NCBI GenBank assembly: GCA_964247055.1
Contig: OZ176053.1
Span: 11,408,001-11,472,000 of the forward strand
Length of the DNA stretch: 64,000 bases
DNA from: Paragordius varius
Lineage: Eukaryota > Animalia > Nematomorpha
Reading direction: 5' to 3'
Part shown: positions 43,401 through 57,200 of the stretch, one piece after another
Position numbering within the stretch: position 1 is the first letter of the stretch
Layout of the letters: each line of letters opens with the position of its first letter
Notes under the pieces: model-generated
The model's database searches: none
What the model was told of the DNA's origin: nothing
The model's input: only the letters and a program-made list of their open reading frames with translations
Program-made: the position numbers and the translations under genes

Positions 43401-45622
43401 AGACTGCAATCACTATTTTGTGTTGAGTGAAGCTAGTTTGATGAGTTTTAATGTTTAATTATGGCCGTTTTATTTTAGGCAAAAGGATATAATCTATCAT
43501 GGTATATGAGTTTGCTGTTTGAAAAGTGCCAAGATTCTGGTTTTTTGTGAAATGGGTGTTGGCTATGATTTGTTGGTTTGCTTGGCAATATTCTAACATC
43601 TGTTCTCCCATCTTGTTAGCACTGCCATAGCCGTTTCCACCATGAACTTCCCTGAAATCGTGTTCATTATTACTAATGTGACTATTAAAGTCACCTCCTA
43701 AGAAGATAGATTCCTTGCCTGGTATTGTATTTGTTAGATCTTGGAGTTCCGTCCAAAAATGTTGTTTAATTTCGTCTTTTAAACCTGGTTGGGGCGCGTA
43801 TATCGATATTATATTTAGGAGTCATCGTGCACAACCTTAAGCTGTTTTATTCTTTCATTGTGTCTCGTTACTTGGATAACGTTTTCGCGAAGACAATTTT
43901 TAATCGCTATTGCTACACCAGCCTGACCATTTTCTTGTCCTTGATAATAAAGTGTGTAATTGTTCGTGGTAATTAAGTTGTCTCCTTTTAATCTGGTTCT
44001 TGTAAGCAGCAGATGTCGACATTCTTAGATTCGAGAAAATCAATTATCATGTGTAGTTTTCCATTTAAAGTACCGATGTTCCAGGTAGCAAATTTAAATG
44101 TTTTGAGATTATTCATAATTCAGGTGTCGTGTTTTTTATAATTGTTATATCAGTTTATTATTATAATTATTCGGTATTGGTTGTTATGATGAAATAAAAA
44201 GTATTAAATTAATTGGTAGGAGGATTTTGTAATTAAGATATAATGTTAATAGTAAAAATTAAATAAGATATAAATATATTATTGTTATGATAGTAGGTAG
44301 AAGTTATTAAAAATGTAATATCAATTATTATTGTCTTTTCGTTAGAGAGTAAGTAGTTTTTGAATAAGACGTGTTCATGGTGTATAGCTTGAGGCGAGGT
44401 TTTTACTTTTCACATGCCCTTGTGAAAAAACTCTTTACGGAGTAGATGTTGCAGAACATCCAAAACTGGCCTTTGCTGTTCGTTCACCAAAGGTGGTCAT
44501 CCGACCAACACCGCGGGGAGGTAGCAGTAGGGCTTTGTTGGTCGGTTTTTGTCAAATCTAACAATGTTAAATAGTACTAAATCAAATCAGTGTTATAACG
44601 GATATACGTATACTATTTTCTATATAAATCAATTTTAGAAGTTCAAGAAAATATGAATCCAGCTTTGGCCAACATGAGTTTCGAGAATATTGTGGAAAGT
44701 GTCCGCAATGAAAATTATCAACTTCGAAACATGTATAATGTGTTACAAAAAGTGTTTTACCAAGAAAATTTGCAAAGAAAATCCGTCAAAGTAAAATTAA
44801 AATTTCATTTTATTTAGTAGGTTTTGGGTTCATGATAATAGGATGTGAGATTGTCATATATAATTTTTTTTTAAAATAAAACTTTCTTTTTTAATTATTT
44901 TTTTTAGTTTGTTTCGCCATTGTGTTTGCAATTTATATTATGGTAATTTTCTATAGTTTCTTGTACATTGTTTCCATATTGCTTTTTAATATGATTTTTT
45001 TTGAATGCAAGTTTTTTTTTAAAAAATTTTCTCTCTTTGACACAAAAAGTTGTTAATAAATAAAAAAACCGTTGCCCGATGATAAAATATGCATTTGAAT
45101 AAAAATGGTTGAAGTTTAAAAATTTTCCTTGATATATAATTATCGTTCTTTATTAATATTTATATGAAAAAGGAATAGTAAAACTTTATTTATATACATA
45201 TATATATATATTGTTGTTTAGGACCAATTGAAACTTTCTCTCAATGCTAATGAAGAGTTACTCAACCGTGTTCAAGATTTGGAATATGAGTTAGAAAAGC
45301 GAAAAGCAAACGAAATCAAACTGAATGCCGAATTACTAAAATTGTCTGATAACTTTAACAAAGTTAAAAGGGTATTAATAGATAAATATTGTCGTATCCA
45401 TTTATTTTACTCTTATTAATAAATAATCTTAAATTTTTGGACGCAATTTTTTAACCTTATATAAAAGATTTTAATTTATAATAACTTACATTATATATAT
45501 ATTTATGTATATTAAATAGAAAAATACCCTTCTTTATTTATCGATTGTCCGAATAAGTTTTTGTTTCTACATTTTTTGTAATTTATATACTTGAATATAT
45601 ACATATATATATATATATATAC

Positions 45623-45663
<41 letters not shown>

Positions 45664-48600
45664 ATCAATGGATTATTGTCGTAATTGACATTTTATATAA
45701 ACCAATATGTATTTATAAATTAAGTAGGCTAGGAATTTTCTTTAAGACCACATTTTCCTAAAGAATTTCATTTAAATTATACTTCCCAATATTATAGATT
45801 TTATGTAAAATAATTGAATTATTTTTTTATACATATGCAACACACAAAGGAAAACGGCGAAAATATTATGAAAATTACTGCACTCGAATCCGCTCTAACA
45901 CTAGCTAATAATAATAGCAACCTTAATGCCAATACCATTGCCATTTCTAACAACCAAAATGGCAATCCAAATAATAACTTCCCGGCAAACTTTGGGATGA
46001 TTTCCTCCTCAAATAACAACATAATTGGCCACCAAAATAATGGAACAAATTTGTCAGCTGTTTTGGATTCTAGCGCTCTCGCTGCGGCTTACGTCCCAAT
46101 CGAACAGTTTAAAACGGTATGTATAATAGTAAATTAGAAAAGTATAGTTGTATATATAGTTAATTATTTTTTTTGGTTCATTATAACTTTGTGGGTTATA
46201 TATATTAAATGATGGATTCTCATTCAACATATTTATCTTTTAATGAGAAATAATCGATTTTTTCACATTTTAAGAGTTTTAAATAAAAAAATATTGTTTT
46301 TTTGTTGCCTATCATTTTTTCTTGAGTGACCATTTTCAGCATATTTTTAATATAAAATTAATGTATTAAGATTTTTATATACAGTTATAAATATTTGTCT
46401 ATTAACGGTCTATTTTTTAATTTTATAATTGAGCCTTAACATCATGTTTAGTGCTGTAAGATTTATGTATTGTAAAAACAAATTAAAAAAATATAAATCT
46501 ATATTGAAAAAAAACCCCTCAAATTTATACACAATATCCGTATTATATATACAGTTGGAATATGATTTACAACAAGAACGTATCATTTCATCCAATCGTT
46601 TAACCGATCTCGAGCGATTGAATGAACGTTTATGCCAAGCTCAAACTAAACAACACTACTTACAGGTGTTTCGAGATCGATTTGATGGTTATGTTTTGCA
46701 ACAAACACCGGATCAAAATGTGAATAGCTCATTTTGTAACAACGAGGAAGGAATTAATAACACCAATAAAAGTGATGGTATAATTGTTAAAAATGAATGC
46801 GGTACTACCAGTATGCAAACTAATATCACAGATGAACAAACCCAAGATTCATTAACATCCTTTGGAATAAATCAAGGTACGTTTTATCGAAGCTAAGAGT
46901 TTTTTTGTTGTCTTTTGTCAAATTGGGGATTTATTTGTTTTTCAGTTACATTATTAAAATTGTTAGCTTATTACCATAAAATGTATACCATTTTCCGCTA
47001 AAATAAATAAATACCTTTATTAATAGTCATATATTAAAAAATAAAAGTTAACTTTTATTTTAAAAAATATCTTACAAAAATTATGTTAAAATCTTGGTTT
47101 TAAATTGTTTTTGTCGAATGGCTTCACAATAGTAAAGTGCCTTATGCAATTAATTTTATTTATAAAACCCATTTCGAAAAACACATAATTATATTTTAAA
47201 ATAATTGTTTATACAGATGCGATAGGTTATGAAGATACGCGGGATTCTACAGCCTCTTACAAAGGTACATTACATATATTTTTTAAAATTAACTATTTAA
47301 TTAGATTATATTTGAAATAAAACAGCGGGTTATATTTTTGGTATAATGAGAAATTTTTTATAAAATAATTATAAGTAAGCGCGTGTAACCATATATTTAT
47401 ATTGTCTTTTACTAAAAGCCCAAACTATCCCCGTATTTTTACCTAATATACTTAATCTTTGTTCTATTTCCATCAACTGCCTGCGACTTGGAAGTTTTTG
47501 TTTCAATTTTTAAAACGTAAATTTATGGTTTTTGTTAATTATATTACTATTCTCTGTGATCTTAGGCTCTATACATTAATTTCATAATGTTATTATCGTA
47601 TACTAAGTTATATTTTTGTATGAACACAGTGAGAGAATAGATCAAATTTTTTACTAGTTAATATGAAGTTTAGTATTAAACTATATGAAAAAAAAAACAA
47701 TTTAGATAACATTAATGACTCAAAATATATTTTATTTATTATATATAGATAAAATTGGAGGAATTGTGCCAAAATCAAATTTTTATTTTGATGAGCAAGC
47801 GTTTGTTAAGGATTCTCATGATTACAAACTATTACAAAGCCAATTTGCCATCATTTTTAATGAAAACAAACAGGTATTATTGATTTTTAAATGTCTATTT
47901 ATATATGTGACACCAACAATTTATAGTGGTTTTCATTTCTAATATTATTAATCTTGTGGAGATAGGGTCGGTCATTTACATTACGCTCCTTTACAAAGAA
48001 ATATAAAATTGGATTAAGTTTTGAAATTCCCAGAACCCTAACGGGCTTTTAAAATTATTACCTAGTAAAATCAAAATTGGTGAATATGTTTTTTATCTTG
48101 CATCAAAATATTGATACTAATCCATGTCATTAATTGGGTTTAAAATATAATCTATCCTTTGATGTTATTTTTATTAAAAGAAAAAGTTTATTGTTATAAA
48201 TTTAATTATTATTTTTACTTGATCAGAATCCGAAAAATGTATAAAAAATTTATGATTGCTCTTTAGTATTTTAACTTGTTAACAGTTCTCTATAAATTTT
48301 TTTTACCATCAATACAATACTCTAAATGAAAGTCTATTATTGGTTTTAGCTTGGTATTTATACCAAACATAATACACTCAAATAATCAATAATCAAAAGA
48401 AATAATTGCCCATTTTATACAATGTATATCCGATTGTTTTTTACCCCTATATTATTAGTAACGAGAAATGATTTATCTTACATAATTTATTGAAAATATT
48501 CTAGTTTGGAACAAAAAACAATTTTATTTTTTACAATAATAACTTATACAATCGAAATTTAAATGAACCAATGTGGGCTCACTCTCGTACAATACATGAA

Positions 48601-51600
48601 CCGACATAAATGAAAAAAAAATAATTTTGAAAAATTGCTAATAAGTCTAATTAAATAATTTATTTTTCTTGAATATAAGACATTAATAGAAAAACAATCC
48701 AAACACACGGGCTTATTTAAAATTACGGTTTACAAGCGCGGTCTAAGGGAATGGACCTAAATTGTTAATTTTTGCCTCTATATAATTGTCTAAAGGTTTA
48801 AACAAGCTTCGATTTTTACTAATTATTTATAATAACGAATTCTATGTTTAATTCAATGCTTTTTAATAAATTACAGGTTTATTTGTTTCAATAACATATT
48901 TTTATACATCAATGTTGTTTGTCTACAAATGATTAGCTTAAAAGTCAAGCCAATGAGTTGAGAAAAATTTTGGGGAGTGTAAAAACCATACATCTCACTC
49001 AAATGGAACAAATGGCTAAAGTGCTTGAAGAAAATTGTGGCGAGTTTAAGAAGGAAGCCCTAAGCCTTCAAGAGAATTGGTTAAAGGTAGGTACTAAAAC
49101 TTAAAAATTAAACTTTTTTTACGCAAATTAAATAAGAAAAAGTTTTCAAAACTCTCTCTTTTTTCCCATTGAGTAAATATTTAAATTATAAAGATAACAA
49201 AACATAAAAAGCAGTAGAGAGATCAATATTACCTTTATGTATGAAAACAAATTTTGAAACCGTATTTTATCTCTTTAAAAATAATTTATTTTTTTGGAAG
49301 ACGAAATAAGGAATATACATCGTAATCGTAACACACAGGATTGATTATGTATACTAATCTTATAAATTTTACAGAATTATAAAGATAAACATAATAATCT
49401 TTTACTTATATTTGTTTTGTCTTTTAAATTTTAGTTTTATTGTATTATATTTTAGACTAAAAAAGAATTGGACACATTACGCGTTGAATATGATCAATAT
49501 ATGGCAACTCGGGAACAAAGTATGGCTATAAGTCAAGAAACTAAAATAACGATTGCCAACTTACATGAACACAATCGACAATTGAAGGTTATATTACAAT
49601 GATATTTAATAAAAAATATGGAAATTTATTTAAAACGTGTCATAATAAAATTTGCGTACGGTTTCGGACATTTTATTTATTCTATGACACGTTTTAAATA
49701 AATTTGCATATTTTTTATACTATTCACGTGTTGAAAATTTATATTCTTCAATGATATTGATTATTGAAATAATTAAACTTTTAAATTTAAACTTAATTTT
49801 TTTTATCGTAAAGCAAATATTACTTAAAATTACCTTTTAATTCGAAAAACATATTCTTTTTAAATAAAAATTTATTATTTATGCATATAAAACGTATTTT
49901 AGGGTTGAAATCATTTATACACAAAGAAAAATTAATATTTTTATAAAAGTCATCATATATATTACTCAAATTTTTTGCCATACATAGCGTGAAATTATGC
50001 GATACAAGAAACGATTTTATTCAGGTAGCGGTCCACCACCATCCCATGGTAAAATAACTTTTTATTACTTTCAATAAATTTGATAAAAATTTATATATAT
50101 TTTTCAAACTAAGATTATTAATTTGTTCTGGATTTTCTAGTTTTGATATAAGAGTCGGTTTGTGAAACTAATATTATATACAGTTTTAAATCCATTTTTT
50201 GTGTTTTTAAAAAAGCCTTTTCGATTAAATTTTTATTTTTACTATTAAAATAAATATTTTTAAACATTTATACTATTTTAAAATTGCATTTAACATATAA
50301 TTTGTTAAATATCATTTTTTTTCACCTTGTTTAAAGGTCATTCTAGCAATGTTTTATCACCAACGAAACAGCTGTCTTCTCACCCACTGCAATCCGGTTC
50401 AACAAATCAAAAAAGTGAAAATATTTTGCCTGCCTCTTTATCAGCAAATAACAGTAAAGATACTACTAGCGATCAAAATAATGCAAGGTATGGAAGTAAA
50501 TTAATTGCTAAAATCTAAAATAATTATTAAAGGGTTGAGTTTTTAACCATTGGACACATATAATAACCAATTGGACTGCTTATTAATGGAGTTATTTATG
50601 TATGGTTACAACCAGTAAATAAATCAATACCAAAATTGCAAATATAGGTGATTTAACTTAAAAATATATACTCTAAATCCATTTGATTACTCGTCTAAAT
50701 AGTGTTATTGATATACTATTTACAAACAAAAACCTAATGATATAATTTAAGTCTACACCCTAATTTTATTTCCGAATTCTAATGGTGTTTTTATACTAAC
50801 AAGGAAGTAATCCTTTTTCCTATCACTTCTCTCCAAAGGCATTAGGCTCATGTGTCTTCCATTTTTATATTAAACAGCTAGATCGTTTTCCACAATAGAA
50901 AGCCATTTTTCCTGGGATTTATATTAAAATTTGTAGAATTGTATATGCGATATAGCCAACTTTCATATGGACAATGCAATTCGTACACGAATATTCAATA
51001 AGTAATATCACAATGTACGGCTCAAATTTAGGCATTGTAGCTAAAGAGAGTCTTTGAAAAAAAATTTTTAAACATGTTTTATCTTAGTGAATTCGGTCAA
51101 AGTCATTTCCTCTGTTGCAAAAATTTGTCGTATGGCGGTAGTGTATACAATAGACTTGAATTTGAATGAGAAGTATTTACTATTTGTTAATATATATGTT
51201 GATGAACCTTGATCTAAGGGTTATTTAAAGTGAAAATGGACTTAAAAGAAAAGGGAGAGAGAAATTTGTTGTACCCCCAGAATTAAGTGAAAGTAAATCG
51301 GAATATTTGGCGCTGGTTACCACTTGAGCTTTGTACTTGACATATGATACCATTATTGATATCCATTCTTCGACACGCCTGTAAATTAGGATTCAAAGAA
51401 CCAGTTTTCGAACCACAGAATCGGATGCTTTTTAAAGATCAACCAAGGCATAAGATAAGGGGCTGTTTTGGAGGTGAGCTGGAGTTGTCCCATGTGTCAT
51501 TCCTTTGTTGGGCAAGAAAACGCATTGCATTTCATTTATATTTTTTCTTAAAACGCTTCATATCCTGCTTAAAGAGTTTTATTGTACGCTGGGTATTTGG

Positions 51601-54233
51601 GTTGAGTCGCTCGCCTTTGCCTTTGCATAGGGGTTTTATTTAACCATTGTTCCATTTAGTAGGAATTATTTTTCAATATTTTTAATGATAATATTACATT
51701 CAGTATCGGTATAATTTTGAATTAAAACCGTTTATCATTTCTATCGTCGATTTAAAGGATACAGCGGCGTTATTCTTTTTACATGTAACGAATAGCTCCT
51801 CTGTTATCTATTCCCACAACTTAGTATTAGCGTTGAGTGGCATAGTTATAATTGTGATCATATTTTGTGTTAGTACTTGTGCCAAACTTTTTTTTATGAC
51901 GATAGGATCGTGCTGATTGCATTGTTGTGATAAAATAGAAGGGTTTCCGACAGATTTTATAGATTGTGATATATTGAATGGAACGGAACATTTTTCTGTA
52001 AATATGTGTCATAGGATAATGTCTGGTAATTAATGCTTTTTGAAATGGTGGTGGGACGTTGAAAAATTAGAATTAGTTAGATTTAAGAATTAAAAAGCCA
52101 AAAATGGAAGAATGCAAATTAGAATTCATTGAAAAAATAATATCGTAAGGTGATAAGGGTATCAAGCCAAAAGTATACTATATAGAAGGTTAATTGCACA
52201 ATCAATCAAAATCTATATATATAAATAAATCAAAGATACATCCTCTAAACTATTAAAACAAGCTATTAGAGTACCTAACAATTTTGTTAGCTAAAGTCCT
52301 ACACCACCGCCATAAAACAGGTTTGGTGAAAGCATTATGACAAGATATTCATATATTTTATATTATTATATCAAGCAATTACATAAAATTTTCAATTTGC
52401 TTTATATTATGAGTGAGCTTTATTAATGCAATCATATTTAACTAGTTAGACTCAATCTTAACTATAACTTAATTTTATTTAACTTATGTAATTTATCCGG
52501 TTTTTTGCATATATAAAACAATTTTTATGTTAGAACATATAAAACAGAAACTAGTGCGAATACACGTAATACTAAAAGTTCATCTGAGACTTTACAATCT
52601 ACAACAACCAATGATGCCCTACAAAGTATCAAATACATTTAATTTAAATTTTTATATCAAAATCGCATAATTATATTTTTATTTAATATATAACAGAAAT
52701 TTATTATATACAGCACTTTACAAAATATTTATCTTTAAGTTATATATGATTTTTTGACTAGATAAGGGTGAAACACCCCTTACGACGATTGGTCAATCGC
52801 AAAAGCATTATCCACCCTCCTATTCATCGTCAACGAATGAAATCGCTCATTTACGGGAAGAATTGAAAAGAGCTCAAAATGGTATTTTTTTAAAGCAATG
52901 TTTTTTATATCCTAAGGTATAATTATTTTGGTTTAAAAGCAATAATTTTTTTTAAAAAAAATTATATTAAAATTATATATATTTCTTTATATCATTAAAA
53001 ATACCAAATATTTGTGGTTTGGATATTATCAAAATTTTTAATGGGTATTATCGAAATAGATATTTTTTGAGTAGAACTACCATGTTAAAACCTTAATTTT
53101 TAGATATAAGTAAGTAGATTAAAAACACATAAAAAAGTTTAAACATCCTTTTACACCTTTTTTTTTTATTTTTATATGATTGTCTTTGCGTTAAGGTAAT
53201 CGAGAATTAAAGTTTTTGCTTGATTCCTACAAAAATGCACCCAAAGAAACGCGCGAAAAAGCCGAAATTATAGCTTCTGAAAAACGGATCCAAAATGATT
53301 ATGCTATCTTGGAGGAACGTTTTAAAAGATATGAGGCGGCGTATTTGCACAGCAGTAATGTTGCGTCCACAATGACCATAAAATCTGGTAAGATGCACTT
53401 TTAAAATGTTGGTATTTTTTAAAATTTATAAACTTGCACAGTATTTAAAAATCATTCTATTTCCCTTTTTTTGTATTATTGAAAACAGCTCTGTAATTAT
53501 AATTTTTAGAATAATTAAACTGGTTTGTTGCTTTAGCCACTAGTAATATATATATATATATATTAAAATAAATATTGAATTGAAAGATGTAAAATTCAAT
53601 GGGTGTGTTTAATATTTAAAACGAAATAACATTTTTTATGCAATCGCAAAACTAATTGAAAGTAATTTATTTTTTTAACTAAAATATCCTTATTAAGACT
53701 TATAAATAATTTTCAATATATATATTTTTTTTTAAATTTGCATGTGAATCACTTTTTTCCATTTTTACTTGTAATATCCAAATGCTAATTGATTTTTTTG
53801 GTTGTATGTGTTTTAATTTTTATTTTTACCCCTAAGGGATATATATATAGTTTTAAGGAATAACCAACTTGATCAATTCGTTTTAAAATAAGAAAATAAT
53901 AATAAATTTTATTAATGGATAATTAATTTCAAACATTCAATTTATTTATAAAGTTAGTTATCCCATATTACTAACTCTGCTAAAATATATATCATTCATA
54001 TCAGGTAATGTAAATCCAACCACATCAACATTGACAACTATATCTTCAAACCCTCAAACCCCACCCCCCATAAACTTTCCCAAAAAACTTGCACAAGCAG
54101 AAGAAAAAATTGCATCTATGCAAAAGAAATTGTTTGATACCAAACAGGTATCATACAGAAAAAAAATTAAAATTGAATTATAAAGACAAAATACGAAAGT
54201 TAAAAAACAAATATTTTTTCTATATAAAGATAA

Positions 54234-54270
<37 letters not shown>

Positions 54271-57200
54271 ATCTACCATTCAAATTTACCTTGAAAATTA
54301 ATTATGTGTTTTCGGGCTAATATAACTCATTATTAATATGAAATATATCTTTATGGCGTTTTTTATTTTTTCAGTATTATTTTTAAAATATAAGTAATAT
54401 TTAATTTGTAAAAACATATAATTTATTTCAGTGTGAAACTAAATTGTTCAAGGGTGAATTTGAATGTGTAAATGGTGTATATTGTTTCAATTGATATAAT
54501 TTATCGTTTTGGGCTGCCAATTAGGGAATAGAGATGTTAATTGATAATACAACCTTTATTTTTCCCAATTTTATTATTATTATATAATTACAGTTCAAAA
54601 GATGGTTTTCTTTATTAAAAATTTACCTTTTTTTAAATTTTGTTTCTATAATTTTTTTATAATTTTATAAAATTAAATATTTTTTAACAACAACACCCCT
54701 ATAGGAAGAAGAGGCATTACTCAAAGAATTAGAGGTGACTGGTCAAGCTTTTGAAGATATGCAAGAACAAAATATAAGGTAAATAAGTAAATATATTTTT
54801 TTATTTGATAAGCTAAATGGATGTATATTTGTATACAAACCTTGTTTATATGCCTGCTAATATTATCATTGGAAGTTTTTTTTCAGAAATCTTTTTAATT
54901 ATAATATTCAAAGATGACATTCATAAGTTAGTTTGTCTTTGGCCGTGTAAAAAATCTTGCTAGACCACTTAATACATTTATTCACCGTCATAATCAATAT
55001 TTTAATGCTAATATATGATGTTTAATTTTAGAAACAAAATATAAATTGCCTATTTAAATTGATTTAAAACTATAAATAGTATAAAATAGACCCTCCCGCT
55101 TCATACTTACCTACTTAGAATTAACAATCTTAAAACTAAATCTGATAATCATGCTTATGGATTTTATAAGGTTCTATTTTTTAAATTAAAATCTTAATGT
55201 CAAGACTATTAAACTGGATTCAAAGCTCTTATAACACACAATGCATAAATCAAATTTTCCTTAATTTTAATCATTTTTTAATATCAAAAACATGAATAAG
55301 CCTCAAATTATTTCCAATTAGGGTTATTAGGAAAGCGGGGGTCCAGTGTATTAACGATTAACCTAAAAATAAATAACATTTTATATTATTAAAAATTTTT
55401 ATGCTATTAATTTTATCACCTGATATATTTTTGATGAAATTTTTGACTGGGTATTTGAAAACACGGTCAATGCATTTAAAACTGGTCAAAGTATACATTA
55501 ATTCCCATAATCTCAGGTTTAAAATAGATTTTAATTGCAATATCTATATATTATTTTTACCAATGTGTTGCAATCAATTATTTTCATATTACACACCCCT
55601 GTTATCTCTCAGATTGTTACAACAATTACGGGAAAAGGATGATGCCAATTTCAAGCTTATGACGGAACGCATCAAAGCCAACCAAATGACCAAAATTATG
55701 AAGGAGGAAAAAGATGCCCAGTTGGAAAGGGAAGAGGTCTTACGCACATCAAACACCAAACTCTCTGAAGCTATCATCATGTTGAAAGAACGGGAAAAAT
55801 TATTGCAGGTTGCTTATAATAATAATTATTGGTAATTATATATTTTTTACCAAGGAATTCGTAATTCGTAATTTAGCTTTGACGGAAAATTTTTATTTTA
55901 TATACCAAATCTAGGCTCTGTTTGTGAAGGACGGCCCTGAAAATATATTAAAAGCAAACTTTTATTTTAATAAAATTATTCAGTAACTATTAATCCGAAT
56001 ATGAAAGCAAAATAGACTTTATTTAATCATACCGCATAAAAATGTTGTTTTAAATTGAAATAAATATGTTTATTATTTGAAAAACGTCTTTTTACACAAA
56101 ATATTAAATTTGTACGAAATTAATGGAAAAATTTATTTATGCATATATTTAACCTGATATAAATTTGATTGTTTTTTAACAAAACATGTTTTATAATAAT
56201 TTCGCGCTCAAACACATAAAGTTCCATAATATTGCCAACGAGAACGATTGAATTCTCGTGAAATAAAATTTATTTAATTGAACTATATCCAAAATCTTCG
56301 ATAGATGGCAGTAATTATTTTTTTAATGGATGAACTAAAGTACAAAAGAAAACAAAATATAATTAAATAATATATATATTCTATAACTATTTTAAAACAT
56401 TCAATCTCTCCACATTTTGATTTATATACTTATTTAATTTATTTTTGGTAGACGGCTTTGCAAAACAGCGAACACGAATCACGTCTCCGTGTATCAGCTT
56501 GTGATGCTTATAAACTCAAAGCTATTGATTCAGCTAGCTTGGCTCTTTCACTCAAATCCAAAACTGAGGCATTAACCATCAGTATAGATGAACAAATGAC
56601 ATTAGCCACTCAAAGATTAACCGAACTGGAACGTGAACGCTTTAAAGCGGAAAGATTGAAGGAAGAACTCATCAAATTGAAAGATAAATATCGTTGGCAA
56701 CAAAAACAGGTATGATGCTTTAAAAATATTGATGTAATGTGAATATAATTATTGATTACATGTCGGTCCTTTGGTTAAGTAAATTGAAAGAGGTGAATGT
56801 TGATGCAAATAAGCAATTATAAATTTTTTTTGTTATTTTGCATGAATATGGGCTTGCTTACATATATTCTATGGGCTAATTAAAAGAGCATTTAAATATG
56901 ATTGCTATTTATTAGTGTCAGATTGTAACCTTTTTATCTCATTTTTAATGGTGTAATTTATGATTGATGTATTGTATATCATGGTGTAATATAAATTTTT
57001 TATATGATAAAATATATTTTATTTTATATGCACTAGCCTCTATGGTATTATGTTAGAAAAATTGTAAATAGGTTTAGGTGGAAATAGTTAAATAATTACG
57101 ACAATAAAATAGTTTAATTTTGACAATAGTAAATTTTATCCATACTATAAAAATCAACAAATATATATTTGCAGAAAATGTGGCTTAATTTTATTTTTAT

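Noticed and set aside
49895-49935. Possible third duplicated exon edge upstream of the Bre1 exon at 49988
   Set aside because: The similarity is short and A/T-rich, so it is not distinguishable from chance by eye.
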